Positions 38,801 through 52,000 of a DNA stretch of 64,000 nucleotides are shown here, in pieces (position 1 is the stretch's first letter; each line of letters starts with the position of its first letter). The translations under genes were made by a program, and so were the position numbers. This DNA comes from Eledone cirrhosa (Eukaryota). The DNA is taken from NCBI GenBank assembly GCA_964016885.1, contig OZ024741.1, positions 407,774,001-407,838,000 on the forward strand. Reading direction: 5' to 3'. The notes under the pieces were generated by a model. The model searched no databases and was not told the DNA's origin. It worked only from the letters and a program-made list of their open reading frames with translations.

Positions 38801-41800
38801 CTTGTGGTGTTGGTGGTAGTGTTGGTACTGGTACTGTTTGTGTTGGTGGTAGTGTTGGTACTGGTACTGGTGGTGTTGGTGGTAGTGTTGGTAGTGGTAC
38901 TGGTGGTGTTGGTGGTAGTATCTGTACTGGTTCTGGTGGTGTTGGTGGTAGTGTTGGTACTGGTGGTGTTGGTGGTACTGTTGGTACTGGTGGTGTTGGT
39001 GTTGGTGGTAGTGTTGATAGTGGTGGTTATGGTGCTAGTGTTGGTACTGGTGGTGTTGGTGGTAGTGTTGGTACTGGTGGTGTTGGTGGTAGTGCTGGCA
39101 CTGGTGGTATTGGTGGTAGTGTTGGTACTGGTGGTGTTAGTGGTAGTGTTGGTACTGGTGGTGTTGGTGGTAATGTTGGTATTGGTGGTGTTGGTGGTAG
39201 TGTTGGTACAGGTGCTGTTGATGGTTATTGTTGGTATTGGTGGTGTTGGTGGTAGTGTTGGTACTGGTGGTCTTGGTGGTAGTTGGTACTGGTGGTGTTG
39301 GTGGTAGTGTTGGTACTGGTGGTGTTGGTGGTAGTTGGTACTGGTGGTCTTGGTGGTAGTGTTGGTACTGGTGGTGTTGGTGGTAGTGTTGGTACTGGTA
39401 CAGGTGGTGTTGGTGGTAGTGTTGGTACTGGTGGTGTTGGTGGTAGTGTTGGTACTAGTGGTGTTGGTGGTAGTGTTGGTACTGGTGGTGTTGGTGGTAG
39501 TGTTGGTACTGGTGGTGTTGGTGATAGTGTTGGTACTGGTGGTGTTGGTGGTAGTGATGGCATTGGTGGTGTTGGTGGTGGTGTTGTTACTGGTGGTATT
39601 GGTGGTAGTGTTGGTGCTGGTGGTGTTGGTGGTAGTGTTGTTACCGGTGGTGTGGGTGGTGGTGTTGTTACTGGTACTGGTGGAGTTGGTGGTAGTGTTG
39701 GTACTGGTATTGGTAGTGTTGGTACTGGTGGTGTTGGTGGTAGTGTTAGTACTGGTACTGGTGGTGTTGGTGATAGTGTTGGTATTGGTGGTGTTGGTGG
39801 TACTGTTGGTACTGGTGGTGTTGGTGGTAGTGTTGGTACTGGTGGTGTTGGTGGAAGTGTTGGTGCTGGTGGTGTTGGTGGTAGTGTTGGTATTGGTGGT
39901 GTTGGTGGTAGTGTTGGTACTGGTGGTGTTGGTGGTAGTGTTGGTAATGGTGGTGATGGTGGTAGTGTTGGTATTGGTGGTGTTGGTGGTAGTGTTGGTA
40001 TTAGTGGTGTTGGTGGTAGTGTTGGTACTGGTGGTGTTGGTGGTGGTGTTGGTACTGGTACTGGTGGTGTTGGTGGTAGTGTTGGTACTGGTGGTGTTGG
40101 TGGTAGTGTTGGAACTGGTACTGGTGGTGGTAGTGTTGGTACTGGTGGTGTTGTTGGTAGTGTTGGTATTGGTGGTGTTGGTGGTAGTGTTGGTAATGGT
40201 CGTGTTGGTGGTAGTGTTGGTACTGGTGGTGATGGTGGTAGCGTTGGTACTGGTGGTGTTTGTGGTAGTGTTGGTACTGGTGGTTTGGTGGTAATATTGG
40301 TACAGGTAGTGTTGGTGGTAGTGTTGATACTGGTGGTGTGTGTGGTAGTGTTGGTACAGGTGGTGTTGGTGGTAGTGTTGGTACAGGTGGTGTTGGTGGT
40401 AGTGTTGGTACTGGTGGTGTTGGTGGTAGTGTTGGTACTGGTGGTGTTTGTGGTAGTGTTGGTACTGGTGGTTTGGTGGTAATATTGGTACAGGTAGTGT
40501 TGGTGGTAGTGTTGATACTGGTGGTGTGTGTGGTAGTGTTGGTACAGGTGGTGTTGGTGGTAGTGTTGGTACAGGTGGTGTTGGTGGTAGTGTTGGTACT
40601 GGTGGTGTTGGTGGTAGTGTTGGTACTGGTGGTGGTGGTGGTAGTGTTGGTACTGGTGGTGTTGGTGGTAGTGTTGGTATTGGTACTGGTGGTGTTAGTG
40701 GTAGTGTTGGTACTGGAGGTGTTGGTGGTAGTGTTGGTACTGGTGGTGTTGATGTTTGTGTTGGCACTGGTGGTGTTGTTGGTAGTGTTGGTACTGGTAC
40801 TGGTGGTGTTGGTGGTAGTGTTTGTACTTGTACTTGTGGTGTTGGTGGTAGTGTTGGTACTGGTACTGTTTGTGTTGGTGGTAGTGTTGGTACTGGTACT
40901 GGTGGTGTTGGTGGTAGTGTTGGTAGTGGTACTGGTGGTGATGGTGGTAGTATCTGTACTGGTACTGGTGGTGTTGGTGGTAGTGTTGGTACTGGTGGTG
41001 TTGGTGGTACTGTTGGTACTGGTGGTGTTGGTGTTGGTGGTAGTGTTGATACTGGTGGTTATGGTGGTAGTGTTGGTACTGGTGGTGTTGGTGGTAGTGT
41101 TGGTACTGGTGGTGTTGGTGGTAGTGCTGGCACTGGTGGTGTTGGTGGTAGTGTTGGTACTGGTGGTGTTAGTGGTAGTGTTGGCACTGGTGGTGTTGGT
41201 GGTAGTGTTGGTACTGGTGGTGTTGGTGGTAGTGTTGGTACTGGTGGTGTTGGTGGTAGTGTTGGTACTGGTGGTGTTGGTGGTAGTGTTGGTACTGGTG
41301 GTGTTGGTGGTAGCGTTGGTACTGGTGGTGTTGGTGGTAGTGTTGGTACTGGTAGTGTTGTTGGTAGTGTTGGTACTGGTGGTGTTGGTGGTAGTGATGG
41401 TACTGGTGGTGTTGGTGGTAGTGTTGGTACTGGTGGTGTTGGTGGTAGTGTTGGTACTGGTAGTGTTGTTGGTAGTGTTGGTACTGGTAGTGTTGTTGGT
41501 AGTGTTGGTATTGGTGGTGTTGGTGGTAGTGTTGGTACTGGTGGTGTTGGTGGTAGTGTTGGTACTGGTGGTGTTGGTGGTAGTGTTGGTACTGGTGGTG
41601 TTGGTGGTAGCGTTGGTACTGGTGGTGTTGGTGGTAGTGTTGGTACTGGTAGTGTTGTTGGTAGTGTTGGTACTGGTGGTGTTGGTGGTAGTGTTGGTAC
41701 TGGTGGTGTTGGTGGTAGTGTTGGTACTGGTGGTGTTGGTGGTAGTGTTGGTACTGGTGGTGTTTGTGGTAGTGTTGGTACTGGTGGTTTGGTGGTAATA

Positions 41801-42512
41801 TTGGTACAGGTAGTGTTGGTGGTAGTGTTGATACTGGTGGTGTGTGTGGTAGTGTTGGTACAGGTGGTGTTGGTGGTAGTGTTGGTACAGGTGGTGTTGG
41901 TGGTAGTGTTGGTACTGGTGGTGTTGGTGGTAGTGTTGGTACTGGTGGTGGTGGTGGTAGTGTTGGTACGGGTGGTGTTGGTGGTAGTGTTGGTATTGGT
42001 ACTGGTGGTGTTAGTGGTAGTGTTGGTACTGGAGGTGTTGGTGGTAGTGTTGGTACTGGTGGTGTTGGTGTTTGTGTTGGCACTGGTGGTGTTGTTGGTA
42101 GTGTTGGTACTGGTACTAGTGGTGTTGGTGGTAGTGTTTGTACTTGTACTTGTGGTGTTGGTGGTAGTGTTGGTACTGGTACTGTTTGTGTTGGTGGTAG
42201 TGTTGGTACTGGTACTGGTGGTGTTGGTGGTAGTGTTGGTAGTGGTACTGGTGGTGTTGGTGGTAGTATCTGTACTGGTTCTGGTGGTGTTGGTGGTAGT
42301 GTTGGTACTGGTGGTGTTGGTGGTACTGTTGGTACTGGTGGTGTTGGTGTTGGTGGTAGTGTTGATACTGGTGGTTATGGTGGTAGTGTTGGTACTGGTG
42401 GTGTTGGTGGTAGTGTTGGTACTGGTGGTGTTGGTGGTAGTGCTGGCACTGGTGGTATTGGTGGTAGTGTTGGTACTGGTGGTGTTAGTGGTAGTGTTGG
42501 TACTGGTGGTGT
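35808..42512 (+). repeat. 3,348-bp tandem duplication as carried by macro copy 2
   Basis: ORF-track pairs 35935/39283, 36990/40338, 37178/40526 and 38494/41842 are all offset by exactly 3348. Confidence 0.92.
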
Positions 42513-45189
42513 TGGTGGTAGTGTTGGTACTGGTGGTGTTGGTGGTAGTGTTGGTACTGGTGGTGTTGGTGGTAGCGTTGGTACTGGTGGTGTTGGTGGT
42601 AGTGTTGGTACTGGTAGTGTTGTTGGTAGTGTTGGTACTGGTGGTGTTGGTGGTAGTGTTGGTACTGGTGGTGTTGGTGGTAGTGTTGGTACTGGTGGTG
42701 TTGGTGGTAGTGTTGGTATTGGTGGTGTTGGTGGTAGTGTTGGTTCTGGTGGTGTTGGTGGTAGTGTTTCTACTGGTGGTGTTGGTGGTAGTGTTGGTAC
42801 TGGTACTGGTAGTGTTGGTGGTTGTGTTGGTACTGGTGGTGTTGGTGGTAGTGTTGGTATTGGTGGTGTTGGTGGTAGTGTTGGTACTGGTACTGGTGGT
42901 GTTGGTGGTAGTGTTGGTACTGGTACTGGTAGTGTTGGTGGTTGTGTTGGTACTGGTGGTGTTGGTGGTAGTGTTGGTACTGGTAGTGTTGGTGGTAGTG
43001 TTGGTACAGGTGGTAGTGTTGGTATTGGTGGTGTTGGTGGTAGTTTTGGTACTGGTGGTGTTGGTGGTAGTGTTGGTACTGGTGGTGTTGGTGGAAGTGT
43101 TGGTACTGGTGGTGTTGGTGGTAGTGTTGGTATTGGTGGTGTTGGTGGTAGTGTTGGTACTGGTGGTGTTGGTGGTAGTGTTGGTATTGGTGGTGATGGT
43201 GGTAGTGTTGGTATTGGTGGTGTTGGTGGTAGTGTTGGTAATAGTGGTGTTGGTGGTAGTGTTGGTACTGGTGGTGTTGGTGGTGGTGTTGGTACTGGTA
43301 CTTGTGGTGTTGGTGGTAGTGTTGGTACTGGTGGTGTTGGTGGTAGTGTTGATACTGGTGGTGTTGGTGGTAATGTTGGTATTGGTGGTGTAGGTGGTAG
43401 TGTTGTTACTGGTGGTGTTGGTCGTAGTGTTGGTGCTGGTGTGGTTGGTGGTAGTGTTGTTACTGGTACTGGTGGTGTTGGTGGTAGTGTTGGTACTGGT
43501 ATTGGTGGTGTTGGTGGTAGTGTTGGTACTGGTGGTGTTGGTGGTAGTGTTGGTACTGGTGGTGTTGGTGGTAGTGTTAGTACTGGTACTGGTGCTGTTG
43601 GTGATAGTGTTGGTATTGGTGGTGTTGGTGGTACTGTTGGTACTGGTGGTGTTGGTGGTAGTGTTGGTACTGGTGGTGTTGGTGGAAGTGTTGGTACTGG
43701 TGGTGTTGGTGGTAGTGTTGGTATTGGTGGTGTTGGTGGTAGTGTTGGTACTGGTGGTGTTGGTGGTAGTGTTGGTGCTGGTATTGGTGGTGTTGATGGT
43801 AGTGTTGGTACTGGTGGTGTTGGTGGTGGTGTTGGTGGTGGTGTTGGTGGTAGTGTTGTTTCTGGTGGTGTTGGTGGAAGTGTTGGTATTGGTGGTGTTG
43901 GTGGTAGTGTTGGTATTGGTGGTGTTGGTGGTAGTGTTGGTACTGGTGGTGTTGGTGGTAGTGGTGGTATTGGTGGTGTTGGTGGTAGTGTTGGTATAGG
44001 TGGTGTTGGTGGTAGTGTTGGTACTGGTGGTGTTGGTGGTAGTGGTGGTATTGGTGGTGTTGGTGGTAGTGTTGTTATAGGTGGTGTTGGTGGTAGAGTT
44101 GGTAATGTTACTGGTGGTGTTGGTGGTAGTGTTGGTATTGGTGGTGTTGGTGGTAGTGTTGGTACTGGTGGTGTTGGTGGTAGTGTTGGTACTGGTGGTG
44201 TTGGTGGTAGTGTTAGTACTGGTACTGGTGGTGTTGGTGATAGTGTTGGTATTGGTGGTGTTGGTGGTATTGTTGGTACTGGTGGTGTTGGTGGTAGTGT
44301 TGGTACTGGTGGTGTTGGTGGAAGTGTTGGTGCTGGTGGTGTTGGTGGTAGTGTTGGTATTGGTGGTGTTGGTGGTAGTGTTGGTATTGGTGGTGTTGGT
44401 GGTAGTGTTGGTAATGGTGGTGATGGTGGTAGTGTTGGTATTGGTGGTGTTGGTGGTAGTGTTGGTATTAGTGGTGTTGGTGGTAGTGTTGGTACTGGTG
44501 GTGTTGGTTGTGGTGTTGGTACTGGTACTGGTGGTGTTGGTGGTAGTGTTGGTACTGGTGGTGTTGGTGGTAGTGTTGGAACTGGTACTGGTGGTGGTAG
44601 TGTTGGTACTGGTGGTGTTGTTGGTAGTGTTGGTATTGGTGGTGTTGGTGGTAGTGTTGGTAATGGTCGTGTTGGTGGTAGTGTTGGTACTGGTGGTGTT
44701 GGTGGTAGCGTTGGTACTGGTGGTGTTTGTGGTAGTGTTGGTACTGGTGGTTTGGTGGTAATATTGGTACAGGTAGTGTTGGTGGTAGTGTTGATACTGG
44801 TGGTGTGTGTGGTAGTGTTGGTACAGGTGGTGTTGGTGGTAGTGTTGGTAATGGTCGTGTTGGTGGTAGTGTTGGTACTGGTGGTGTTGGTGGTAGTGTT
44901 GGTACTGGTGGTGTTTGTGGTAGTGTTGGTACTGGTGGTTTGGTGGTATTATTGGTACAGGTAGTGTTGGTGGTAGTGTTGGTACAGGTGGTGTTGGTGG
45001 TAGTGTTGGTACTGGTGGTGTTGGTGGTAGTGTTGGTACTGGTGGTGGTGGTGGTAGTGTTGGTACTGGTGGTGTTGGTGGTAGTGTTGGTATTGGTACT
45101 GGTGGTGTTAGTGGTAGTGTTGGTACTGGAGGTGTTGGTGGTAGTGTTGGTACTGGTGGTGTTGGTGTTTGTGTTGGCACTGGTGGTGT

Positions 45190-48100
45190 TGTTGGTAGTG
45201 TTGGTACTGGTACTGGTAGTGTTGGTGGTAGTGTTTGTACTTGTACTTGTGGTGTTGGTGGTAGTGTTGGTACTGGTACTGTTTGTGTTGGTGGTAGTGT
45301 TGGTACTGGTACTGGTGGTGTTGGTGGTAGTGTTGGTAGTGGTACTGGTGGTGTTGGTGGTAGTATCTGTACTGGTACTGGTGGTGTTGGTGGTAGTGTT
45401 GGTACTGGTGGTGTTGGTGGTACTGTTGGTACTGGTGGTGTTGGTGTTGGTGGTAGTGTTGATACTGGTGGTTATGGTGGTAGTGTTGGTACTGGTGGTG
45501 TTGGTGGTAGTGTTGGTACTGGTGGTGTTGGTGGTAGTGCTGGCACTGGTGGTGTTGGTGGTAGTGTTGGTACTGGTGGTGTTAGTGGTAGTGTTGGCAC
45601 TGGTGGTGTTGGTGGTAGTGTTGGTACTGGTGGTGTTGGTGGTAGTGTTGGTACTGGTGGTGTTGGGGGTAGTGTTGGTACTGGTGGTGTTGGTGGTAGT
45701 GTTGGTACTGGTGGTGTTGGTGGTAGCGTTGGTACTGGTGGTGTTGGTGGTAGTGTTGGTACTGGTAGTGTTGTTGGTAGTGTTGGTACTGGTGGTGTTG
45801 GTGGTAGTGTTGGTACTGGTGGTGTTGGTGGTAGTGTTGGTACTGGTGGTGTTGGTGGTAGTGTTGGTACTGGTAGTGTTGTTGGTAGTGTTGGTACTGG
45901 TAGTGTTGTTGGTAGTGTTGGTATTGGTGGTGTTGGTGGTAGTGTTGGTACTGGTGGTGTTGGTGGTAGTGTTGGTACTGGTGGTGTTGGTGGTAGTGTT
46001 GGTACTGGTGGTGTTGGTGGTAGCGTTGGTACTGGTGGTGTTGGTGGTAGTGTTGGTACTGGTAGTGTTGTTGGTAGTGTTGGTACTGGTGGTGTTGGTG
46101 GTAGTGTTGGTACTGGTGGTGTTGGTGGTAGTGTTGGTACTGGTGGTGTTGGTGGTAGTGTTGGTACTGGTAGTGTTGTTGGTAGTGTTGGTACTGGTAG
46201 TGTTGTTGGTAGTGTTGGTATTGGTGGTGTTGGTGGTAGCGTTGGTACTGGTGGTGTTGGTGGTAGTGTTGGTACTGGTAGTGTTGTTGGTAGTGTTGGT
46301 ATTGGTGGTGTTGGTGGTAGTGTTGGTACTGGTGGTGTTGGTGGTAGTGTTGGTACTGGTGGTGTTGGTGGTAGTGTTGGTACTGGTGGTGTTGGTGGTA
46401 ACGTTGGTACTGGTAGTGTTGTTGGTAGTGTTGGTATTGGTGGTGTTGGTGGTAGCGTTGGTACTGGTGGTGTTGGTGGTAGTGTTGGTACTGGTAGTGT
46501 TGTTGGTAGTGTTGGTATTGGTGGTGTTGGTGGTAGTGTTGGTACTGGTGGTGTTGGTGGTAGTGTTGGTACTGGTGGTGTTGGTGGTAGTGTTGGTACT
46601 GGTGGTGTTGGTGGTAGCGTTGGTACTGGTGGTGTTGGTGGTAGTGTTGGTACTGGTAGTGTTGTTGGTAGTGTTGGTACTGGTGGTGTTGGTGGTAGTG
46701 TTGGTACTGGTGGTGTTGGTGGTAGTGTTGGTACTGGTGGTGTTGGTGGTAGTGTTGGTAATGGTGGTGATGGTGGTAGTGTTGGTATTGGTGGTGTTGG
46801 TGGTAGTGTTGGTATTAGTGGTGTTGGTGGTAGTGTTGGTACTGGTGGTGTTGGTGGTGGTGTTGGTACTGGTACTGGTGGTGTTGGTGGTAGTGTTGGA
46901 ACTGGTACTGGTGGTGGTAGTGTTGGTATTGGTGGTGTTGGTGGTAGTGTTGGTACTGGTGGTGTTGGTGGTAGTGTTGGTACTGGTGGTGTTGGTGGTA
47001 GTGTTGGTACTGGTGGTGTTGGTGGTAGTGTTGGTACTGGTGGTGTTGGTGGTAGTGTTGGTACTGGTGGTGTTGGTGGTAGTGTTGGTACTGGTGGTGT
47101 TGGTGGTAGTGTTGGTACTGGTGGTGTTGGTGGTAGTGTTGGTACTGGTGGTGTTGGTGGTAGTGTTGGTACTGGTGGTGTTGGTGGTAGCGTTGGTACT
47201 GGTGGTGTTGGTGGTAGTGTTGGTACTGGTAGTGTTGTTGGTAGTGTTGGTACTGGTGGTGTTGTTGGTAGTGTTGGTACTGGTGGTGTTGGTGGTAGTG
47301 TTGGTACAGGTGGTGTTGGTGGTAGTGTTGGTACTGGTGGTGTTGGTGGTAGTGTTGGTACTGGTAGTGTTGTTGGTAGTGTTGGTACTGGTGGTGTTGT
47401 TGGTAGTGTTGGTACTGGTGGTGTTGGTGGTAGTGTTGGTACAGGTGGTGTTGGTGGTAGTGTTGGTACTGGTGGTGTTGGTGGTAGTGTTGGTACTGGT
47501 AGTGTTGTTGGTAGTGTTGGTACTGGTACTGGTAGTGTTGGTGGTAGTGTTTGTACTTGTACTTGTGGTGTTGGTGGTAGTGTTGGTACTGGTACTGTTT
47601 GTGTTGGTGGTAGTGTTGGTACTGGTACTGGTGGTGTTGGTGGTAGTGTTGGTAGTGGTACTGGTGGTGTTGGTGGTAGTATCTGTACTGGTACTGGTGG
47701 TGTTGGTGGTAGTGTTGGTACTGGTGGTGTTGGTGGTACTGTTGGTACTGGTGGTGTTGGTGTTGGTGGTAGTGTTGATACTGGTGGTTATGGTGGTAGT
47801 GTTGGTACTGGTGGTGTTGGTGGTAGTGTTGGTACTGGTGGTGTTGGTGGTAGTGCTGGCACTGGTGGTGTTGGTGGTAGTGTTGGTACTGGTGGTGTTA
47901 GTGGTAGTGTTGGCACTGGTGGTGTTGGTGGTAGTGTTGGTACTGGTGGTGTTGGTGGTAGTGTTGGTACTGGTGGTGTTGGGGGTAGTGTTGGTACTGG
48001 TGGTGTTGGTGGTAGTGTTGGTACTGGTGGTGTTGGTGGTAGCGTTGGTACTGGTGGTGTTGGTGGTAGTGTTGGTACTGGTAGTGTTGTTGGTAGTGTT

Positions 48101-51100
48101 GGTACTGGTGGTGTTGGTGGTAGTGTTGGTACTGGTGGTGTTGGTGGTAGTGTTGGTACTGGTGGTGTTGGTGGTAGTGTTGGTACTGGTAGTGTTGTTG
48201 GTAGTGTTGGTACTGGTAGTGTTGTTGGTAGTGTTGGTATTGGTGGTGTTGGTGGTAGTGTTGGTACTGGTGGTGTTGGTGGTAGTGTTGGTACTGGTGG
48301 TGTTGGTGGTAGTGTTGGTACTGGTGGTGTTGGTGGTAGCGTTGGTACTGGTGGTGTTGGTGGTAGTGTTGGTACTGGTAGTGTTGTTGGTAGTGTTGGT
48401 ACTGGTGGTGTTGGTGGTAGTGTTGGTACTGGTGGTGTTGGTGGTAGTGTTGGTACTGGTGGTGTTGGTGGTAGTGTTGGTACTGGTAGTGTTGTTGGTA
48501 GTGTTGGTACTGGTAGTGTTGTTGGTAGTGTTGGTATTGGTGGTGTTGGTGGTAGCGTTGGTACTGGTGGTGTTGGTGGTAGTGTTGGTACTGGTAGTGT
48601 TGTTGGTAGTGTTGGTATTGGTGGTGTTGGTGGTAGTGTTGGTACTGGTGGTGTTGGTGGTAGTGTTGGTACTGGTGGTGTTGGTGGTAGTGTTGGTACT
48701 GGTGGTGTTGGTGGTAACGTTGGTACTGGTAGTGTTGTTGGTAGTGTTGGTATTGGTGGTGTTGGTGGTAGCGTTGGTACTGGTGGTGTTGGTGGTAGTG
48801 TTGGTACTGGTAGTGTTGTTGGTAGTGTTGGTATTGGTGGTGTTGGTGGTAGTGTTGGTACTGGTGGTGTTGGTGGTAGTGTTGGTACTGGTGGTGTTGG
48901 TGGTAGTGTTGGTACTGGTGGTGTTGGTGGTAGCGTTGGTACTGGTGGTGTTGGTGGTAGTGTTGGTACTGGTAGTGTTGTTGGTAGTGTTGGTACTGGT
49001 GGTGTTGGTGGTAGTGTTGGTACTGGTGGTGTTGGTGGTAGTGTTGGTACTGGTGGTGTTGGTGGTAGTGTTGGTAATGGTGGTGATGGTGGTAGTGTTG
49101 GTATTGGTGGTGTTGGTGGTAGTGTTGGTATTAGTGGTGTTGGTGGTAGTGTTGGTACTGGTGGTGTTGGTGGTGGTGTTGGTACTGGTACTGGTGGTGT
49201 TGGTGGTAGTGTTGGAACTGGTACTGGTGGTGGTAGTGTTGGTATTGGTGGTGTTGGTGGTAGTGTTGGTACTGGTGGTGTTGGTGGTAGTGTTGGTACT
49301 GGTGGTGTTGGTGGTAGTGTTGGTACTGGTGGTGTTGGTGGTAGTGTTGGTACTGGTGGTGTTGGTGGTAGTGTTGGTACTGGTGGTGTTGGTGGTAGTG
49401 TTGGTACTGGTGGTGTTGGTGGTAGTGTTGGTACTGGTGGTGTTGGTGGTAGTGTTGGTACTGGTGGTGTTGGTGGTAGTGTTGGTACTGGTGGTGTTGG
49501 TGGTAGCGTTGGTACTGGTGGTGTTGGTGGTAGTGTTGGTACTGGTAGTGTTGTTGGTAGTGTTGGTACTGGTGGTGTTGTTGGTAGTGTTGGTACTGGT
49601 GGTGTTGGTGGTAGTGTTGGTACAGGTGGTGTTGGTGGTAGTGTTGGTACTGGTGGTGTTGGTGGTAGTGTTGGTACTGGTAGTGTTGTTGGTAGTGTTG
49701 GTACTGGTGGTGTTGTTGGTAGTGTTGGTACTGGTGGTGTTGGTGGTAGTGTTGGTACAGGTGGTGTTGGTGGTAGTGTTGGTACTGGTGGTGTTGGTGG
49801 TAGTGTTGGTACTGGTAGTGTTGTTGGTAGTGTTGGTACTGGTACTGGTAGTGTTGGTGGTAGTGTTTGTACTTGTACTTGTGGTGTTGGTGGTAGTGTT
49901 GGTACTGGTACTGTTTGTGTTGGTGGTAGTGTTGGTACTGGTACTGGTGGTGTTGGTGGTAGTGTTGGTAGTGGTACTGGTGGTGTTGGTGGTAGTATCT
50001 GTACTGGTACTGGTGGTGTTGGTGGTAGTGTTGGTACTGGTGGTGTTGGTGGTACTGTTGGTACTGGTGGTGTTGGTGTTGGTGGTAGTGTTGATACTGG
50101 TGGTTATGGTGGTAGTGTTGGTACTGGTGGTGTTGGTGGTAGTGTTGGTACTGGTGGTGTTGGTGGTAGTGCTGGCACTGGTGGTGTTGGTGGTAGTGTT
50201 GGTACTGGTGGTGTTAGTGGTAGTGTTGGCACTGGTGGTGTTGGTGGTAGTGTTGGTACTGGTGGTGTTGGTGGTAGTGTTGGTACTGGTGGTGTTGGGG
50301 GTAGTGTTGGTACTGGTGGTGTTGGTGGTAGTGTTGGTACTGGTGGTGTTGGTGGTAGCGTTGGTACTGGTGGTGTTGGTGGTAGTGTTGGTACTGGTAG
50401 TGTTGTTGGTAGTGTTGGTACTGGTGGTGTTGGTGGTAGTGTTGGTACTGGTGGTGTTGGTGGTAGTGTTGGTACTGGTGGTGTTGGTGGTAGTGTTGGT
50501 ACTGGTAGTGTTGTTGGTAGTGTTGGTACTGGTAGTGTTGTTGGTAGTGTTGGTATTGGTGGTGTTGGTGGTAGTGTTGGTACTGGTGGTGTTGGTGGTA
50601 GTGTTGGTACTGGTGGTGTTGGTGGTAGTGTTGGTACTGGTGGTGTTGGTGGTAGCGTTGGTACTGGTGGTGTTGGTGGTAGTGTTGGTACTGGTAGTGT
50701 TGTTGGTAGTGTTGGTACTGGTGGTGTTGGTGGTAGTGTTGGTACTGGTGGTGTTGGTGGTAGTGTTGGTACTGGTGGTGTTGGTGGTAGTGTTGGTACT
50801 GGTAGTGTTGTTGGTAGTGTTGGTACTGGTAGTGTTGTTGGTAGTGTTGGTATTGGTGGTGTTGGTGGTAGCGTTGGTACTGGTGGTGTTGGTGGTAGTG
50901 TTGGTACTGGTAGTGTTGTTGGTAGTGTTGGTATTGGTGGTGTTGGTGGTAGTGTTGGTACTGGTGGTGTTGGTGGTAGTGTTGGTACTGGTGGTGTTGG
51001 TGGTAGTGTTGGTACTGGTGGTGTTGGTGGTAACGTTGGTACTGGTAGTGTTGTTGGTAGTGTTGGTATTGGTGGTGTTGGTGGTAGCGTTGGTACTGGT

Positions 51101-52000
51101 GGTGTTGGTGGTAGTGTTGGTACTGGTAGTGTTGTTGGTAGTGTTGGTATTGGTGGTGTTGGTGGTAGTGTTGGTACTGGTGGTGTTGGTGGTAGTGTTG
51201 GTACTGGTGGTGTTGGTGGTAGTGTTGGTACTGGTGGTGTTGGTGGTAGCGTTGGTACTGGTGGTGTTGGTGGTAGTGTTGGTACTGGTAGTGTTGTTGG
51301 TAGTGTTGGTACTGGTGGTGTTGGTGGTAGTGTTGGTACTGGTGGTGTTGGTGGTAGTGTTGGTACTGGTGGTGTTGGTGGTAGTGTTGGTAATGGTGGT
51401 GATGGTGGTAGTGTTGGTATTGGTGGTGTTGGTGGTAGTGTTGGTATTAGTGGTGTTGGTGGTAGTGTTGGTACTGGTGGTGTTGGTGGTGGTGTTGGTA
51501 CTGGTACTGGTGGTGTTGGTGGTAGTGTTGGAACTGGTACTGGTGGTGGTAGTGTTGGTATTGGTGGTGTTGGTGGTAGTGTTGGTACTGGTGGTGTTGG
51601 TGGTAGTGTTGGTACTGGTGGTGTTGGTGGTAGTGTTGGTACTGGTGGTGTTGGTGGTAGTGTTGGTACTGGTGGTGTTGGTGGTAGTGTTGGTACTGGT
51701 GGTGTTGGTGGTAGTGTTGGTACTGGTGGTGTTGGTGGTAGTGTTGGTACTGGTGGTGTTGGTGGTAGTGTTGGTACTGGTGGTGTTGGTGGTAGTGTTG
51801 GTACTGGTGGTGTTGGTGGTAGCGTTGGTACTGGTGGTGTTGGTGGTAGTGTTGGTACTGGTAGTGTTGTTGGTAGTGTTGGTACTGGTGGTGTTGTTGG
51901 TAGTGTTGGTACTGGTGGTGTTGGTGGTAGTGTTGGTACAGGTGGTGTTGGTGGTAGTGTTGGTACTGGTGGTGTTGGTGGTAGTGTTGGTACTGGTAGT
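45190..52000 (+). repeat. 2,316-bp higher-order repeat block with 3 marker copies
   Basis: TGTACTTGTACTTGT at 45236, 47552 and 49868 (exact 2316 spacing). Confidence 0.93.
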
